Notes: a model not told the origin generated them from the letters alone. DNA of 64,000 nt from a virus (IMGVR_UViG_2933348407_000001:1-64000), one strand, 5' to 3'. Shown: positions 20,601 through 29,726, counted from the stretch's first letter. Made by a program: numbers and translations.

Positions 20601-22518
20601 CGGCGTGGCCAAGCTCGACGGCATGGAGGTACTGGAGGGGAACAGCGAGCGGGCGAGGAAGCAGCGCAAGCAGCCCGTCAAGGTCGTGATCGGCAACCCG
20701 CCCTACTCGATGGGGCAGGAGAGCATGAACGACAACAACCAGAACCTCAAATACGAGGTGCTGGACGGTCGAATCGCTGAAACGTATGTAGCTCGGTCGG
20801 CAGCGGGCAACAGGAGTAGGCTGTACGACTCCTATATTCGCGCCATCCGTTGGGCCTCGGATCGCATCGAGAGTGAAGGCGTCGTGGCGTTCGTCTCCAA
20901 TGGCGGATATATCGACAGTAACGCAGCTGACGGAATGCGTAAATCCCTCATCGGAGAGTTTGATGCAATCTACTGCTACAACTTGCGCGGCAACCAACGC
21001 ACCGCCGGTGAGCAGTCCCGGAAGGAAGGCGGCAAGATCTTCGGCTCGGGTAGTCGGAACACCGTCGCTGTCCTGATCCTCGTCAAGGGCAGCCAGACCG
21101 GGACTACCGGCACGGGGTGCGCGCTCTACTACCGTGATATTGGTGACTACCTCACCCGTGAACAGAAGCTCAGCATCCTCAGCACTCAGAGCCTGGACGC
21201 CGTGGCGTGGGAACAGGTCACCCCGAACGCCGAGGGCGACTGGATCAACCAGCGGGACGAAAGCTACGCGACCTTCCAGGGCATCGGCGACAAAGACAAG
21301 GCCCTCGCCGGTCGGTCCGTTTTCGCGCTCTACTCGAATGGCCTGGACACCTCTCGTGACGCTTGGGTGTACAACTTCTCCGAGGAGAAGGTCCGCACCA
21401 ACATGGAGTCGATGATCGACTTCTACAACGATCAAGTGCAGGGCTTCCGTGACTATTGCGCAACCCATGGGCTGATTGATCCCAGCGCAAAGGACGTGGA
21501 ACAGTGGATTGACACGGATTCAAGGCGAATTAGTTGGAACCGTTCCGATAAGGCAAGGCTCGCGAAGGGGAGGGAGTACGAATTTGACTCCGCATGCCTT
21601 GTTACTTCATGCTATCGCCCCTTTGCTAAGCAGCACGTCTACTTCAACTCGCTGCTCAATAACACGACTTACCAGTTGCCTAAGATTTTCCCAACGGCAG
21701 AGCATGAGAACTACGGTTTCTACAACGTCGGGAGCGGTTCTACCGTGCCCTTCTCCGTCTTGATGTTGGACACCCTCCCGAATTACCACGTCACGGGCGC
21801 AGGCAGCGGGGGTGTGTTCTTCCCTCGCTACACCTACCGCGAGCTTGCTGTCGAGGGCGGCTTCGACTTCGGTGAAGACGAAGGCTACGAGCGCGTTGAC
21901 AACATCACCGACGCCGTCCTCGCGGACTACCGCGACGCCTGCAAGGACCTGTCCATCACGAAGGATGACATCTTCTACTACACCTACGCGCTCCTCCACT
22001 CTCAGGAGTACCGCGACCGCTTCGCCGCCGACCTCAAGAAAACCCTCCCCCGTATCCCCAAGGTGCGCGACTTCCACAGCTTCGCCGAGGCCGGCCGCAA
22101 GCTCGCCGACCTGCACCTCAACTACGAGCAGGCCGAGCCCTACAAGGGCATCGTCGAGACGCCGACCGGCGACATCTCGGCGACCCCGCCGAGCGAGCTG
22201 TACCGCGTCGCCAAGATGAAGATCCCGAAGGTGAAGGGGCAGGCCGACCGGTCCACGATCATCTACAACAACCGGATCAAGCTGACCAACATCCCGGAGG
22301 AGGCGTACCGGTACCAGCTCGGCGCCCGTTCCGCGATCGAGTGGATCATCGACCGCTACCAGGTCAAGGTCGACAAGGCTTCGGAGATCGTCAACGACCC
22401 CAACGACTGGTCCGACGACCCGCGCTACATCATCGACCTGCTCAAGCGAATCGTGACCGTGAGCCTGGAGACCATGAAGATCGTGGATGCACTGCCTGCC
22501 CTGGACATCCTGGAATAG
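17617..22518 (+). CDS. Type ISP restriction-modification enzyme (Mrr-like nuclease, SF2 helicase, N6 MTase, TRD; LlaBIII-like)
   Basis: DTGIDLVA..IQCK; MACGTGKT; DEAHRT; LSEGVDVP; QSVGRVMR; DPFTGTG; VIGNPPY; 1633 aa. Confidence 0.92.
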   Translation: MRSALSGTTTTVHDVLRAIRDGSTGNRDRGTRFEEFMVQYLSTDPQWTEQFSRVWMWADWPGAEHDKRDTGIDLVAQDRETGGFCAIQCKFYEPQHTIHKEDIDSFFTASGKGAFTRRMIISTTDKWSVHAEEALDDQQIPVTRLGLSDIASSPVEWRMPTPGLHVEFEMTLREKKKPRPHQREAIDDVFAGFAEHERGKLIMACGTGKTFTSLKIAERLQHERAEAGQGEHTTVLFLVPSIALLSQTLREWSYEAEVPLRAFAVCSDTKVGKQKAQGDDKDMSTHDLALPATTDPNRLVAQMASVEATPGLTVVFSTYQSIATVSAAQQQGLPRFDLILCDEAHRTTGVTLSGHDESAFVRVHDDSFLGADRRLYMTATPRVYNDDTKQDAKHADAAVASMDDEATYGPEFHRLGFGKAVEQGLLTDYKVLILTIDEGAVAKTLQESLAGADAELSLDDAAKIIGCWNAMAKRTGTFADGSGFGKDESPMKRAVAFARSIADSKSVAARFNEVVDAYDDADDEVLHCEVDHVDGTFNTLQRNRLLDWLKQDPGPANARILSNARCLSEGVDVPSLDAVLFLHPRNSVVDVVQSVGRVMRTAPGKNYGYIILPVAVPAGMPPEKALADNQRFKTVWQVLQALRAHDDRFNATVNQIELNKKKPDTIGIGHIGAGDETVGDQDGSSTADSAQAAKEKEAQSAQHIQDALFSVSDWRDAIYARIVDKVGERHYWEDWAKDIAQIADRHVTRIKAALAIPEKQAAFEEFVAELRATINPGVSDSDAIDMLAQHIITKPVFDALFKDYAFTDHNPVSQAMQRMLDVLDDTGLDAETKTLQDFYHSVRVRAEGIDNHEGRQRVIVELYDKFFKTALPKTADALGIVYTPVEVVDFILRSTEQALTKHLGRSLSDEGVHIIDPFTGTGTFPVRLLQSGLIQPEALARKYAQELHANEIVLLAYYIAAINIEAAYADLTGRQDTYSPFEGIVLTDTFQLAEGGVAKLDGMEVLEGNSERARKQRKQPVKVVIGNPPYSMGQESMNDNNQNLKYEVLDGRIAETYVARSAAGNRSRLYDSYIRAIRWASDRIESEGVVAFVSNGGYIDSNAADGMRKSLIGEFDAIYCYNLRGNQRTAGEQSRKEGGKIFGSGSRNTVAVLILVKGSQTGTTGTGCALYYRDIGDYLTREQKLSILSTQSLDAVAWEQVTPNAEGDWINQRDESYATFQGIGDKDKALAGRSVFALYSNGLDTSRDAWVYNFSEEKVRTNMESMIDFYNDQVQGFRDYCATHGLIDPSAKDVEQWIDTDSRRISWNRSDKARLAKGREYEFDSACLVTSCYRPFAKQHVYFNSLLNNTTYQLPKIFPTAEHENYGFYNVGSGSTVPFSVLMLDTLPNYHVTGAGSGGVFFPRYTYRELAVEGGFDFGEDEGYERVDNITDAVLADYRDACKDLSITKDDIFYYTYALLHSQEYRDRFAADLKKTLPRIPKVRDFHSFAEAGRKLADLHLNYEQAEPYKGIVETPTGDISATPPSELYRVAKMKIPKVKGQADRSTIIYNNRIKLTNIPEEAYRYQLGARSAIEWIIDRYQVKVDKASEIVNDPNDWSDDPRYIIDLLKRIVTVSLETMKIVDALPALDILE

Positions 22519-22603
22519 CAACCACCCTGGCACGGGTACGCGCTCACCGAGGCGTATCCGTGCGGCCCGTCAGCGCTGGGAAGCCGCCCGCTGTTTGTCC
22601 AGA

Positions 22604-23776
22604 TCACCTCTGCGTTTTGGCCTGTGGGTCGTGCATCGGGACCTTCTTGAAGGGGTCCTTGGACGTGTCCTTAGCCGGGCGTACGTACCTTTCCCGGGGG
22701 ATGCGCGAGCCCTTCTTCCAGCGGCCGGCCTCCTCGAGTTCTTCGTCCGTCGCGCCGTTCATGCCAAGGTCGGTGGCTCCGCCGGCGCGAAGGCTGTGCG
22801 AGGACACGGGGCGGCCGTCCGTCTTGAGCCCGGCCTTGTGGAACCACAGTTTCACCCGCTCGTTGACGGTCTGCGGGCGGAGGTAGTCACCGCGCTTGGT
22901 GGCCGTCTTCGCCCGAGTCTCCGACGAGGCGACGGCGCCGTTGCGCTTGACCTCCCGGAAGACGGGCCCGGTGGTGATGCACTGCTCAGCGAGGTAGCCG
23001 ACCCAGCGACGCATCCGGAAGACCAGCCGCAAGTCCTCCCGGTCGTGGAGGTAGATGGTCTGTTCCTCGCCCTTATGCGTCTTGTCCTCGGCGAGCCACA
23101 CCACGACCATGTCGTCGAGGATCGTCAGGTCCTCGAGGTCCAGGTCGACGTCTTCGACGCTGCGCCCGAGGAACCGGTATCCGAAGGCGAGCATCGCCGA
23201 ATCACGCCAGCCGATCGGCCGGTCGTCCGCCTCCGCCTTCTCCATCATCGGCAACAGGTACGGCAGCGTGATCGGGAACGCTTCCTTCCTGCGCAGCGCC
23301 CGTTTGTTCTTCTTCCGGTACTGCGTCAGGAGCAGCAGGAACAGGCTGTTGTCCGGCTTCTTGCCCGGCGGCATGGACGTCCGGATCAGCGACATGTAGT
23401 GCCGGATCGTGGTGACCTTGAGCTTCCTCGACATCAGGTGACGGCCGTACTCGGTGTACGTCGCCGTCGTACACGGCTTCGCCACCCGCCCCTGCTCGGC
23501 ACACCACGCCTCGAACAGGCCCATGGCGGTGCGGCGTTGCGGCGATCCTTCCTCTTCGGCCTCCTTTATGGCCTGGGCGGTCTCCTCGCTGACGTACAGG
23601 TCCCGCTCCGTGTAGGTCGTCCCCGGATCATCACTGGTCGGTATGTGCTCGCCGGGCAGCAGCACCGTGTGCTGATCGACGAGCGGGCGGCCGGCGGGCT
23701 CGTCGACGGGCACCAGCTCCCCGTCCTCGACGAGTTCGGCGTCGACGATCTCCTCGTCCGCGGCGTCGACGCTCAC
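22604..23776 (-). CDS. Tyrosine recombinase, Cre-like
   Basis: RDSAML..GRSVE, KTH, HSLRAG, AGRW, RYV catalytic set with Trp at the second His position; N-terminal core-binding-like region. Confidence 0.88.
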   Translation of the reverse strand: MSVDAADEEIVDAELVEDGELVPVDEPAGRPLVDQHTVLLPGEHIPTSDDPGTTYTERDLYVSEETAQAIKEAEEEGSPQRRTAMGLFEAWCAEQGRVAKPCTTATYTEYGRHLMSRKLKVTTIRHYMSLIRTSMPPGKKPDNSLFLLLLTQYRKKNKRALRRKEAFPITLPYLLPMMEKAEADDRPIGWRDSAMLAFGYRFLGRSVEDVDLDLEDLTILDDMVVVWLAEDKTHKGEEQTIYLHDREDLRLVFRMRRWVGYLAEQCITTGPVFREVKRNGAVASSETRAKTATKRGDYLRPQTVNERVKLWFHKAGLKTDGRPVSSHSLRAGGATDLGMNGATDEELEEAGRWKKGSRIPRERYVRPAKDTSKDPFKKVPMHDPQAKTQR

Positions 23777-23937
23777 AGCGTGTGCCAGGGACTAAAGCCG
23801 TGGGGGACCGGGCTCATGCCTGAACGCCCGGGTCGACGGAGAATCGCCCCTCGGGGACTTTGTTCGACCGTGCTCTGTAGGAAGTCCAAGCCGTTGATGA
23901 CCGGCGGGAAGTCCACCGCCGCGGTGTTTGGCTTCAT
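23773..23937 (-). pseudogene. Truncated paralogue of the adjacent HEPN-like gene
   Basis: MKPNTAAVDFPPVINGLDFLQSTVEQ matches LDFTPVRNGMDFLLSAFEH of 23934-25040, then diverges. Confidence 0.55.
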
Positions 23938-25040
23938 CGGGCAGTCTTTTCCGTCTCGAACGCGAGTGGGCCCCCAGCGTCGGGCCGCCGTCGCGGCCGT
24001 GGGGTCTCGGCGCTCGTGGGCTGTTCAATTGACTCCCCAGCGCAATGGGGACACCGCAGCGTGTCCTGTCCCGGAGGGACGAGGCAGTCACAATCCGGCC
24101 CGCAAGTGACCCACCCCGTGTAGTCCTTGCCGCAGCCGAAGCAGATGTCTACGTTGGCCCTCCTGTTCTCGAACACGACAGCGCCGAAGACGACCGTGCA
24201 GGCGTTGCAGTCAGGGCAGGCCCTGATCGGGTGGGGGGCGTCGGCGTCGTAGAAGGAAGAGGTGTACGACTCCGCGTACCAGGCCGCGAACGCCGAGGGC
24301 GAGAGGGCCACCAGGCAGAACCGGCAGCGGAGCTCTTGCTCTCTGGAGCCGAGAACGAGTGTCCACTGCTGGCACTCGGCGCACTGCACCGTACGCCCGG
24401 CAAGAGGCTTCAACTCCGTCTCGAGACGCTGAGACCGCTCCCTGACGAGGGCCTTGACGTTCCGCAACTCGCCGCCGAGCTCCTCCATTTTGTTCTCAAC
24501 GTAGGCCAATTCCGACGTGAGGACCGGCTGCAGGTGATCGATGATGAAGGTGATCAGAAAGTCCAGTACGAGCGCTGCCTGAGACTCGACCGCGAAGGCA
24601 CTCCCGGTGTGGCCGAGATGGGTCAGGGCGTTGCGCGTGGCCGCCAACGCCCTGACGGCCTGCGCCTGATCCTTGCTGATGTCCAAGGACACGATGTTGT
24701 TCAGCCGGTCGATCGCGGCCTGGACCCCGCAGCTTGTGAAGCTTCCCAAATCGTAGTCGGACTTCTTGGCTTTGCCCGGGTCGTTGAAGACGAGGCTCCA
24801 GTGTTCCCGGATGAGTCGGGCTTTCAGGAGCACCTCGACGGCGGCCTGAAGGTGCAGCACGGCGTACTTGAGGTCACGCGCGTCCGGCTCCCCGCCGTTC
24901 TGGCTCAGGTGCTCGAAGGCGCTGAGGAGGAAGTCCATCCCGTTGCGGACAGGAGTGAAGTCCAGGTCATCGCGATGATGGGCAGCCTCCCCCCTCCGAC
25001 CCTCGGTGTGCTGCTGTCTCCCGTTCGGCACACCGGACAC
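23934..25040 (-). CDS. HEPN-like domain plus C-terminal zinc-ribbon repeats
   Basis: AVLHLQAAVEVLLK, RNALTH (Rx4H); several CxxC pairs. Confidence 0.7.
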   Translation of the reverse strand: MSGVPNGRQQHTEGRRGEAAHHRDDLDFTPVRNGMDFLLSAFEHLSQNGGEPDARDLKYAVLHLQAAVEVLLKARLIREHWSLVFNDPGKAKKSDYDLGSFTSCGVQAAIDRLNNIVSLDISKDQAQAVRALAATRNALTHLGHTGSAFAVESQAALVLDFLITFIIDHLQPVLTSELAYVENKMEELGGELRNVKALVRERSQRLETELKPLAGRTVQCAECQQWTLVLGSREQELRCRFCLVALSPSAFAAWYAESYTSSFYDADAPHPIRACPDCNACTVVFGAVVFENRRANVDICFGCGKDYTGWVTCGPDCDCLVPPGQDTLRCPHCAGESIEQPTSAETPRPRRRPDAGGPLAFETEKTAR

Positions 25041-25080
25041 GCGGGACCCCCTAAGTGCAGTTCTTTAAAGTCCCGCCAAG

Positions 25081-25123
25081 GTTACCGACAACAATCACAG
25101 TTGTTGTCGGCTACTGATCAGTA
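25081..25123. repeat. Inverted repeat (lox/operator-like) plus 12-bp palindrome
   Basis: CCGACAACAA-tcacag-TTGTTGTCGG; TACTGATCAGTA at 25112-25123. Confidence 0.65.
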
Positions 25124-25145
25124 ACCCCGTATCGTGTTTCCCGAA

Positions 25146-25192
25146 GGGCGGAGAGCACCGCCCCGAGTCCCGAACGAAGGAGCACCGCCATG
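25146..25192 (+). repeat. Conserved hairpin+RBS leader, copy 2
   Basis: GGGCGG-agagca-CCGCCC cgAGTCCCGAACGAAGGAGC..ATG. Confidence 0.8.
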
Positions 25193-25381
25193 GCGGGCTG
25201 GATCAGCACGGGCCAGCAGAAGCGCGACCACGAGGGCCTGCGGAACGTCTGCGCGGCCGACGGACACCCGGGCACCGCCGAGGACCCGCTGGTGAAGACG
25301 ACGGACGGATGGCGCGTCCACCTCTCCGACACCACCAACCCGAACAGCGGCTTCTACGGCCAGCAGCAGACGGAGGGGTGA
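25190..25381 (+). CDS. Small hypothetical protein
   Basis: 63 aa, AAGGAG RBS, high GC3. Confidence 0.7.
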   Translation: MAGWISTGQQKRDHEGLRNVCAADGHPGTAEDPLVKTTDGWRVHLSDTTNPNSGFYGQQQTEG

Positions 25382-25385
25382 ACTC

Positions 25386-25655
25386 ATGCTCTCCATTGCG
25401 AAGTTGAAGCTCCTCGCGTACGCCTTCGCCCTCCTGGCCCTCGCGTACCCCGCCCTCGTCCCGCCCGTCCTCGGCACGCTCGGAGTCGTGGTCGCCGCGG
25501 TGATCGACACCCTCGGATGGGTCCTGACGCACCTGTCGCTCGCCCTCACGATCGCGGCTGGCCTGCTCCTGGTCCGCGTCTTCCCCGGCGTTCCGCGGTG
25601 GTTGGGCCGCGCGTTAGTCGCTTCGGTCGCTTCCGTGGCCCCCGTCAAGGCGTGA
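25386..25655 (+). CDS. Small membrane protein
   Basis: Almost entirely hydrophobic 89 aa; GGAGGGG RBS. Confidence 0.7.
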   Translation: MLSIAKLKLLAYAFALLALAYPALVPPVLGTLGVVVAAVIDTLGWVLTHLSLALTIAAGLLLVRVFPGVPRWLGRALVASVASVAPVKA

Positions 25656-25732
25656 CAACCCGCCCGTTCGAGTTGTTCGATTCTTCGCTCAGAACGATTC
25701 TCCGCTCAGCCCTCCCGAGGAGCACATCCCGC

Positions 25733-25963
25733 ATGTCCGTCTCAGAAACGCCAGAGCCATCAGCCGAAGAGCTCGTGAAGGGACTGTTCGAGGAGACCGG
25801 ACTTCGCCAGTCCCTCGTTCCCACCTACACCGCCGCGGTGCTCGCCCTGCGCGACCGCGAGAAAGCCGCGGAACTCCGCGCAGCCGGTTTCGGCGCCGCC
25901 GCTGATCTCATCGAGCCGGACTCTGCCGTCATTGCCGAGGCGTTCGGCCCCGAGGACCAGTAG
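25733..25963 (+). CDS. Small hypothetical protein
   Basis: GAGGAG RBS; helical acidic sequence. Confidence 0.6.
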   Translation: MSVSETPEPSAEELVKGLFEETGLRQSLVPTYTAAVLALRDREKAAELRAAGFGAAADLIEPDSAVIAEAFGPEDQ

Positions 25964-26012
25964 CCCCAACTCTCGTGCACCGCAAGACCGTTCGGCGCCC
26001 GGCATGGCGCTA

Positions 26013-26058
26013 TCCGGCGGAGAGCACCGCCGGAGTCCCGAAGGAAGGAACCGCGATG
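26013..26058 (+). repeat. Conserved hairpin+RBS leader, copy 3
   Basis: TCCGGCGG-agagca-CCGCCGGA GTCCCGAAGGAAGGAAC..ATG. Confidence 0.8.
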
Positions 26059-26967
26059 TACCGTCGCCACGTCGTCACCATCCTGCTCCCCCCGCCCGAG
26101 CCGGAGCCGGAGTACGAGCTGTACCAAGAGCTGAGGCACGACGCCGAGTTGCGGAGCCGCCCCCCGCTGGGACCGGACGACCTTCGGCGCATGACGGAGG
26201 TGTCCGCGCGCCGCGGCCGCGACTGGTGCACGGCCGTACTGGGACGGGGCTTCCCTGGGATCGACCGCGTCTCCAGCGTCGACGGCTGGATGCTGGTCGC
26301 CGCCGACGAGCTGAACCTCGACCCGCCGCTCCCCCGCCGGATCGTCGAGGAGCGGGAAGCCGTAGAGCAACGGCGCAAGACCGAAGCAACCCTGGCCGCA
26401 GTGAAGTTGGAGACGGAGAAGCGCCAGTGGGGCCTGCTGGTCGGCAGTGCGCCCGTCACTCTGACGGTGCACGAGAACACGCGGCACACGGGCCCGAATG
26501 GCTCCACCCGGCACGCCGTGCCCCCGGTCGATGTCGTCTCCGGGAAGGCGCGGAAGCATCCCGCAGGCAGGGGGCTGTGCGAGACGCCCGGCCGCGCTGA
26601 CCCGCTTCACCTGGGCGATGCGGTCGACCTCCCGCCCAACTGCGTGCGCTGCCTGGACTACGCGGCCAAGATCCGCGCCGCGGACGCTCCAGCCCCGCCG
26701 ACGGATGCCGAGGTGGCGCTGCTGCGGCTCATCTCCTCCGGCGTGGTCTTCACCTTCAGCGTCCGCGCAACCATCACGATCCGGGACACCAGCCAGCGCA
26801 GCCGCGCGGCCTGGGGACACCTGGGCCGGAAGGTCGACGTCGCCGTGCGGAAGCTGGAGAAGAAGGGCTGGGTGCTCCAGGCCCCGGAGTACAGCGCGAC
26901 GCAAAAGGGGGTCCGCGGCCACTGTTGGCGGCTGACCGAAGCCGGCACCGCTGCCCTGGAAGGCTGA
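26056..26967 (+). CDS. Hypothetical protein with C-terminal winged-helix-like segment
   Basis: High GC3; H..LC..CVRC; VDVAVRKLEKKGWV..WRLTEAGTAAL. Confidence 0.7.
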   Translation: MYRRHVVTILLPPPEPEPEYELYQELRHDAELRSRPPLGPDDLRRMTEVSARRGRDWCTAVLGRGFPGIDRVSSVDGWMLVAADELNLDPPLPRRIVEEREAVEQRRKTEATLAAVKLETEKRQWGLLVGSAPVTLTVHENTRHTGPNGSTRHAVPPVDVVSGKARKHPAGRGLCETPGRADPLHLGDAVDLPPNCVRCLDYAAKIRAADAPAPPTDAEVALLRLISSGVVFTFSVRATITIRDTSQRSRAAWGHLGRKVDVAVRKLEKKGWVLQAPEYSATQKGVRGHCWRLTEAGTAALEG

Positions 26968-26970
26968 CCA

Positions 26971-27237
26971 ATGACCCGTACCATCCGCCTCGCCGCCGTC
27001 TCCGCTGTCGCAGCCCTGCTCCTGGCCGCCTGCGGTGAACTGCCGCAAGGGCCCGCCGGCCGGGTCATCGACAAGGACACGGACTACCAGCCCGCCACGA
27101 AGACGAGCGACTACTTCCTGACCGTCCGCACGCCCGAGGGGGAGGAGGACGAGTTCGAGGTGAGCAGCGACGACTACGACCGGTGTTACCGCGGTTCGGC
27201 TTACCCCGGCTGCATAAAGCGGACGGACCGCGGCTGA
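26971..27237 (+). CDS. Small lipoprotein
   Basis: Signal peptide with lipobox LLAAC. Confidence 0.75.
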   Translation: MTRTIRLAAVSAVAALLLAACGELPQGPAGRVIDKDTDYQPATKTSDYFLTVRTPEGEEDEFEVSSDDYDRCYRGSAYPGCIKRTDRG

Positions 27238-27830
27238 TGGTCGCCAGGATGACCGCGGCGCAGTACCGCGAACTGATGGCCTCCCGCGGCCGCCGGGGTG
27301 GCCAGTCCACGCCGGCGGCCGCCGCGGTGCCGAAGAAGACCCGGAAGAAGCCAGCCCCGCACCCGGGCCTCCCATCTGTCCCGGAGCCGCCCGCGCTCGA
27401 GCCCTTGCTCGCCGGGCTCTCCGGCATCGGCTACGTGAAGACGATGCTGATGCCGTACGTGGAGGAGATGCTGACCAGCAATCAGCGCCTCCACCACATG
27501 GCCGAGTACAAGATCAAGAAGCAGCTTCGCGCTGACGCGGCCCAGATGATCCGGCGGGAGAACCTGCCTCACCTGCAGCGCGCGGCCATCTTCTACGTGC
27601 TGCACCCGCGCCCCATCAACCGGAAGCGGGACCCGGGCAACTGGGCGCCGACTGCGAAGGCGTACCTGGACGGCCTCGTGACGCCGAACCCGCACCAGCC
27701 GAAGGAGCACCACCTGCTCCCGGACGACGACCACGAGCATCTGCTGGGCCCCAATCCCGTCATGGGGCCCCGGTCACCAGCGGATTCGCCCGAATGTCCC
27801 TCGTCATCGTCGAACTGTGTGGGCCCGTGA
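27237..27830 (+). CDS. RusA-like resolvase homologue, C-terminus possibly frameshifted
   Basis: NQRLH..RKRDPGN..KAYLDGL..LPDDD pattern; alternative frame after ~27765 gives RMSLVIVEL. Confidence 0.6.
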   Translation: MVARMTAAQYRELMASRGRRGGQSTPAAAAVPKKTRKKPAPHPGLPSVPEPPALEPLLAGLSGIGYVKTMLMPYVEEMLTSNQRLHHMAEYKIKKQLRADAAQMIRRENLPHLQRAAIFYVLHPRPINRKRDPGNWAPTAKAYLDGLVTPNPHQPKEHHLLPDDDHEHLLGPNPVMGPRSPADSPECPSSSSNCVGP

Positions 27831-27849
27831 CCAGCGAAAACGGCGAAAC

Positions 27850-27878
27850 CGTAACGGGAACCGGTACTTCGACGTACA
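27850..27878 (+). promoter_or_regulatory. ECF-type promoter, copy 3
   Basis: CGTAAC-gggaaccggtacttcga(17)-CGTACA. Confidence 0.5.
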
Positions 27879-27927
27879 GGAACTGAGGGCTGGCCCGCCC
27901 TCGCCCTAACCCAGGAGATGCCCCTCC

Positions 27928-28569
27928 ATGAGCACCAGACACCCCGTGTCCCTCCAGATCTACGACCGCAACGGCGTGCCCGAGCACCCGCCGGTCTGGG
28001 ACCGGGCGCGCTCCGTCAACACGGTCATCGCCGCGTTCGCCCGCGGCGGCACCCTCCTCGACCGCGACGGCGTCGACGAGCGCCTCGCCGAGATCGCCGA
28101 CAAGGCCGCGTGCTCGCTCCTCCGCGACCGCTGGAAAGACGACTTCCCGATCGCCGCGTACGGCGAACTGCTCTGCACCATCGCCGCCCTGCGCGGTCTC
28201 CTCGGCTACTCCCCCACGCCCACGGCCGTTGAGGTCTTCGACTGGGCCCGCCAGCAGAAGCAGAAGGCCGCCGAGGCGATCGACGGCCCCGTGCAGGACT
28301 TCGTCATCCAGTTCCTCAACGGGCCCTACTCCGGAGTGATCCTGACGTTCCCGGGCGAGACGCAGGGGCCAGGCGGAAGGCCGGGCCTATCCCTCACCGT
28401 CCCGATCGCCTGGGGGGACGACAGCGAACCCGGCCGCGGTGAAGCCCGGTACGCACGGACCGACGAGCCCACCAGCGAAGGGCTGTGGCTCTACCGGCTC
28501 GCCGAGGACGTTCCCGACGGCGCTCGCCCGCACATCACCGTCCCGGACCCGAAGGATGGCCGCGCGTGA
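27928..28569 (+). CDS. Hypothetical protein
   Basis: AGGAG RBS, high GC3, first gene of a coupled array. Confidence 0.7.
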   Translation: MSTRHPVSLQIYDRNGVPEHPPVWDRARSVNTVIAAFARGGTLLDRDGVDERLAEIADKAACSLLRDRWKDDFPIAAYGELLCTIAALRGLLGYSPTPTAVEVFDWARQQKQKAAEAIDGPVQDFVIQFLNGPYSGVILTFPGETQGPGGRPGLSLTVPIAWGDDSEPGRGEARYARTDEPTSEGLWLYRLAEDVPDGARPHITVPDPKDGRA

Positions 28570-28807
28570 TACCCCTGCTTACCGCCGTCATCCCGTCCCC
28601 GGCCGCCGACGCCGCCCACGACGCCGCGCACGCGACCGCCGCCCGCTTCCGGCAGGGCGCCTACTCCGTGCCGTGCCCGGAGTGCCACGTCCCGGCCGGT
28701 GTGCTGTGCCTCGCCCGACGCATCGTCCACACCGCCCGCCGGAACGCGTACCGGCAGAACCCGAGACCATCGGCCTCGTGCCCCTCCTCGTGGCGCGTGT
28801 CCGATGA
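28566..28807 (+). CDS. Small zinc-finger protein, probable frameshift near 28760
   Basis: VPCPECHVPAGVLC..HTARR; GTGA overlap at start; alternative frame ends at the ATGA overlap 28804-28807. Confidence 0.45.
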
Positions 28808-29064
28808 GCGAAACCACCGCGGCCGAAGCCGCCCGAAGGGCCGCCACTTGGGCGCACTGCGCCGAGGACGCGAACAAGTACGCGCACGAGCATGAGCAGC
28901 AGGCGAGGGAGCACGCGGTCCAGCGGGACAGTGGCCAGGCCGCCGCCTACACGTCGCGGGCCGAGGAGTGGGTGCGGCTCCGCGGCACGGCTGTGGACAT
29001 GGCGAACATGTGGGCCAACGTTGTGGGTGCCCTGCAACTCGCTGAGCTGGGTGAGCACTCGTGA
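28804..29064 (+). CDS. Hypothetical helical protein
   Basis: Coupled overlaps at both ends. Confidence 0.6.
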   Translation: MSETTAAEAARRAATWAHCAEDANKYAHEHEQQAREHAVQRDSGQAAAYTSRAEEWVRLRGTAVDMANMWANVVGALQLAELGEHS

Positions 29065-29726
29065 CGGCCCTCGCGGTCGAGGTCCCGGCCGCCCGGCCTG
29101 AGTGGGACGGCCGCCTGGTCGTGCGCGCCGCGGGCCGCCCGCTCCTGCACATCGGCGCCGAGGGCGTCACCGCGCCGCCGGTGCCGATGTTCACCGTGGC
29201 GCTGGAGTGCGCCCCGGACGCCGAACAAGCCCCCGGAGTACGGCCGTGGGACGGACCGGTCACCGAAGCGAGTATCTGCCCAGCCTGCCTGCGCTCCCTA
29301 CGCGGTGAACCGGAGCCCGAGGCGCCCCGCCTCGTCCGCGCCAGCGTCGCCGAGGCACTGCCCCGGCCTGTTCCCGAACCAGCCCGCGACGGCCGCCACC
29401 TCCACGCTGTTCCCGACCTCCCGGTGTACGCCGAGGCGCCTCTTCCCGCCGAGCACGGCGGCCGCCCGATCACCTGGTCCCGTTGGACGACCGCGCCCGT
29501 CATCACCCACCACGATTCCTCGTGCGAGTGGTGCGGGGACCCGGGCCCCGGCGAGATGGCCGGCGGCCGCCAGGGCAATCCGATGTCGCGGACCGACCCC
29601 TTGCGCCGCTACGTCGCCTACCGCTGCACCGCATGCCAGGAGATGACCGCGTACGAGCAGGTCGGCAGCGAGCTCAACACCATCGCACACCACAAGTCGC
29701 GCGCCCCGAAGGACTGCAACCGATGA
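29061..29726 (+). CDS. Hypothetical zinc-binding protein
   Basis: CPAC, CEWC, CTAC; GTGA overlap. Confidence 0.65.
   Translation: MTALAVEVPAARPEWDGRLVVRAAGRPLLHIGAEGVTAPPVPMFTVALECAPDAEQAPGVRPWDGPVTEASICPACLRSLRGEPEPEAPRLVRASVAEALPRPVPEPARDGRHLHAVPDLPVYAEAPLPAEHGGRPITWSRWTTAPVITHHDSSCEWCGDPGPGEMAGGRQGNPMSRTDPLRRYVAYRCTACQEMTAYEQVGSELNTIAHHKSRAPKDCNR

Noticed and set aside
18817-21468. 883-aa antisense ORF
   Set aside because: Shadow of the Type ISP gene caused by high GC3; no motifs
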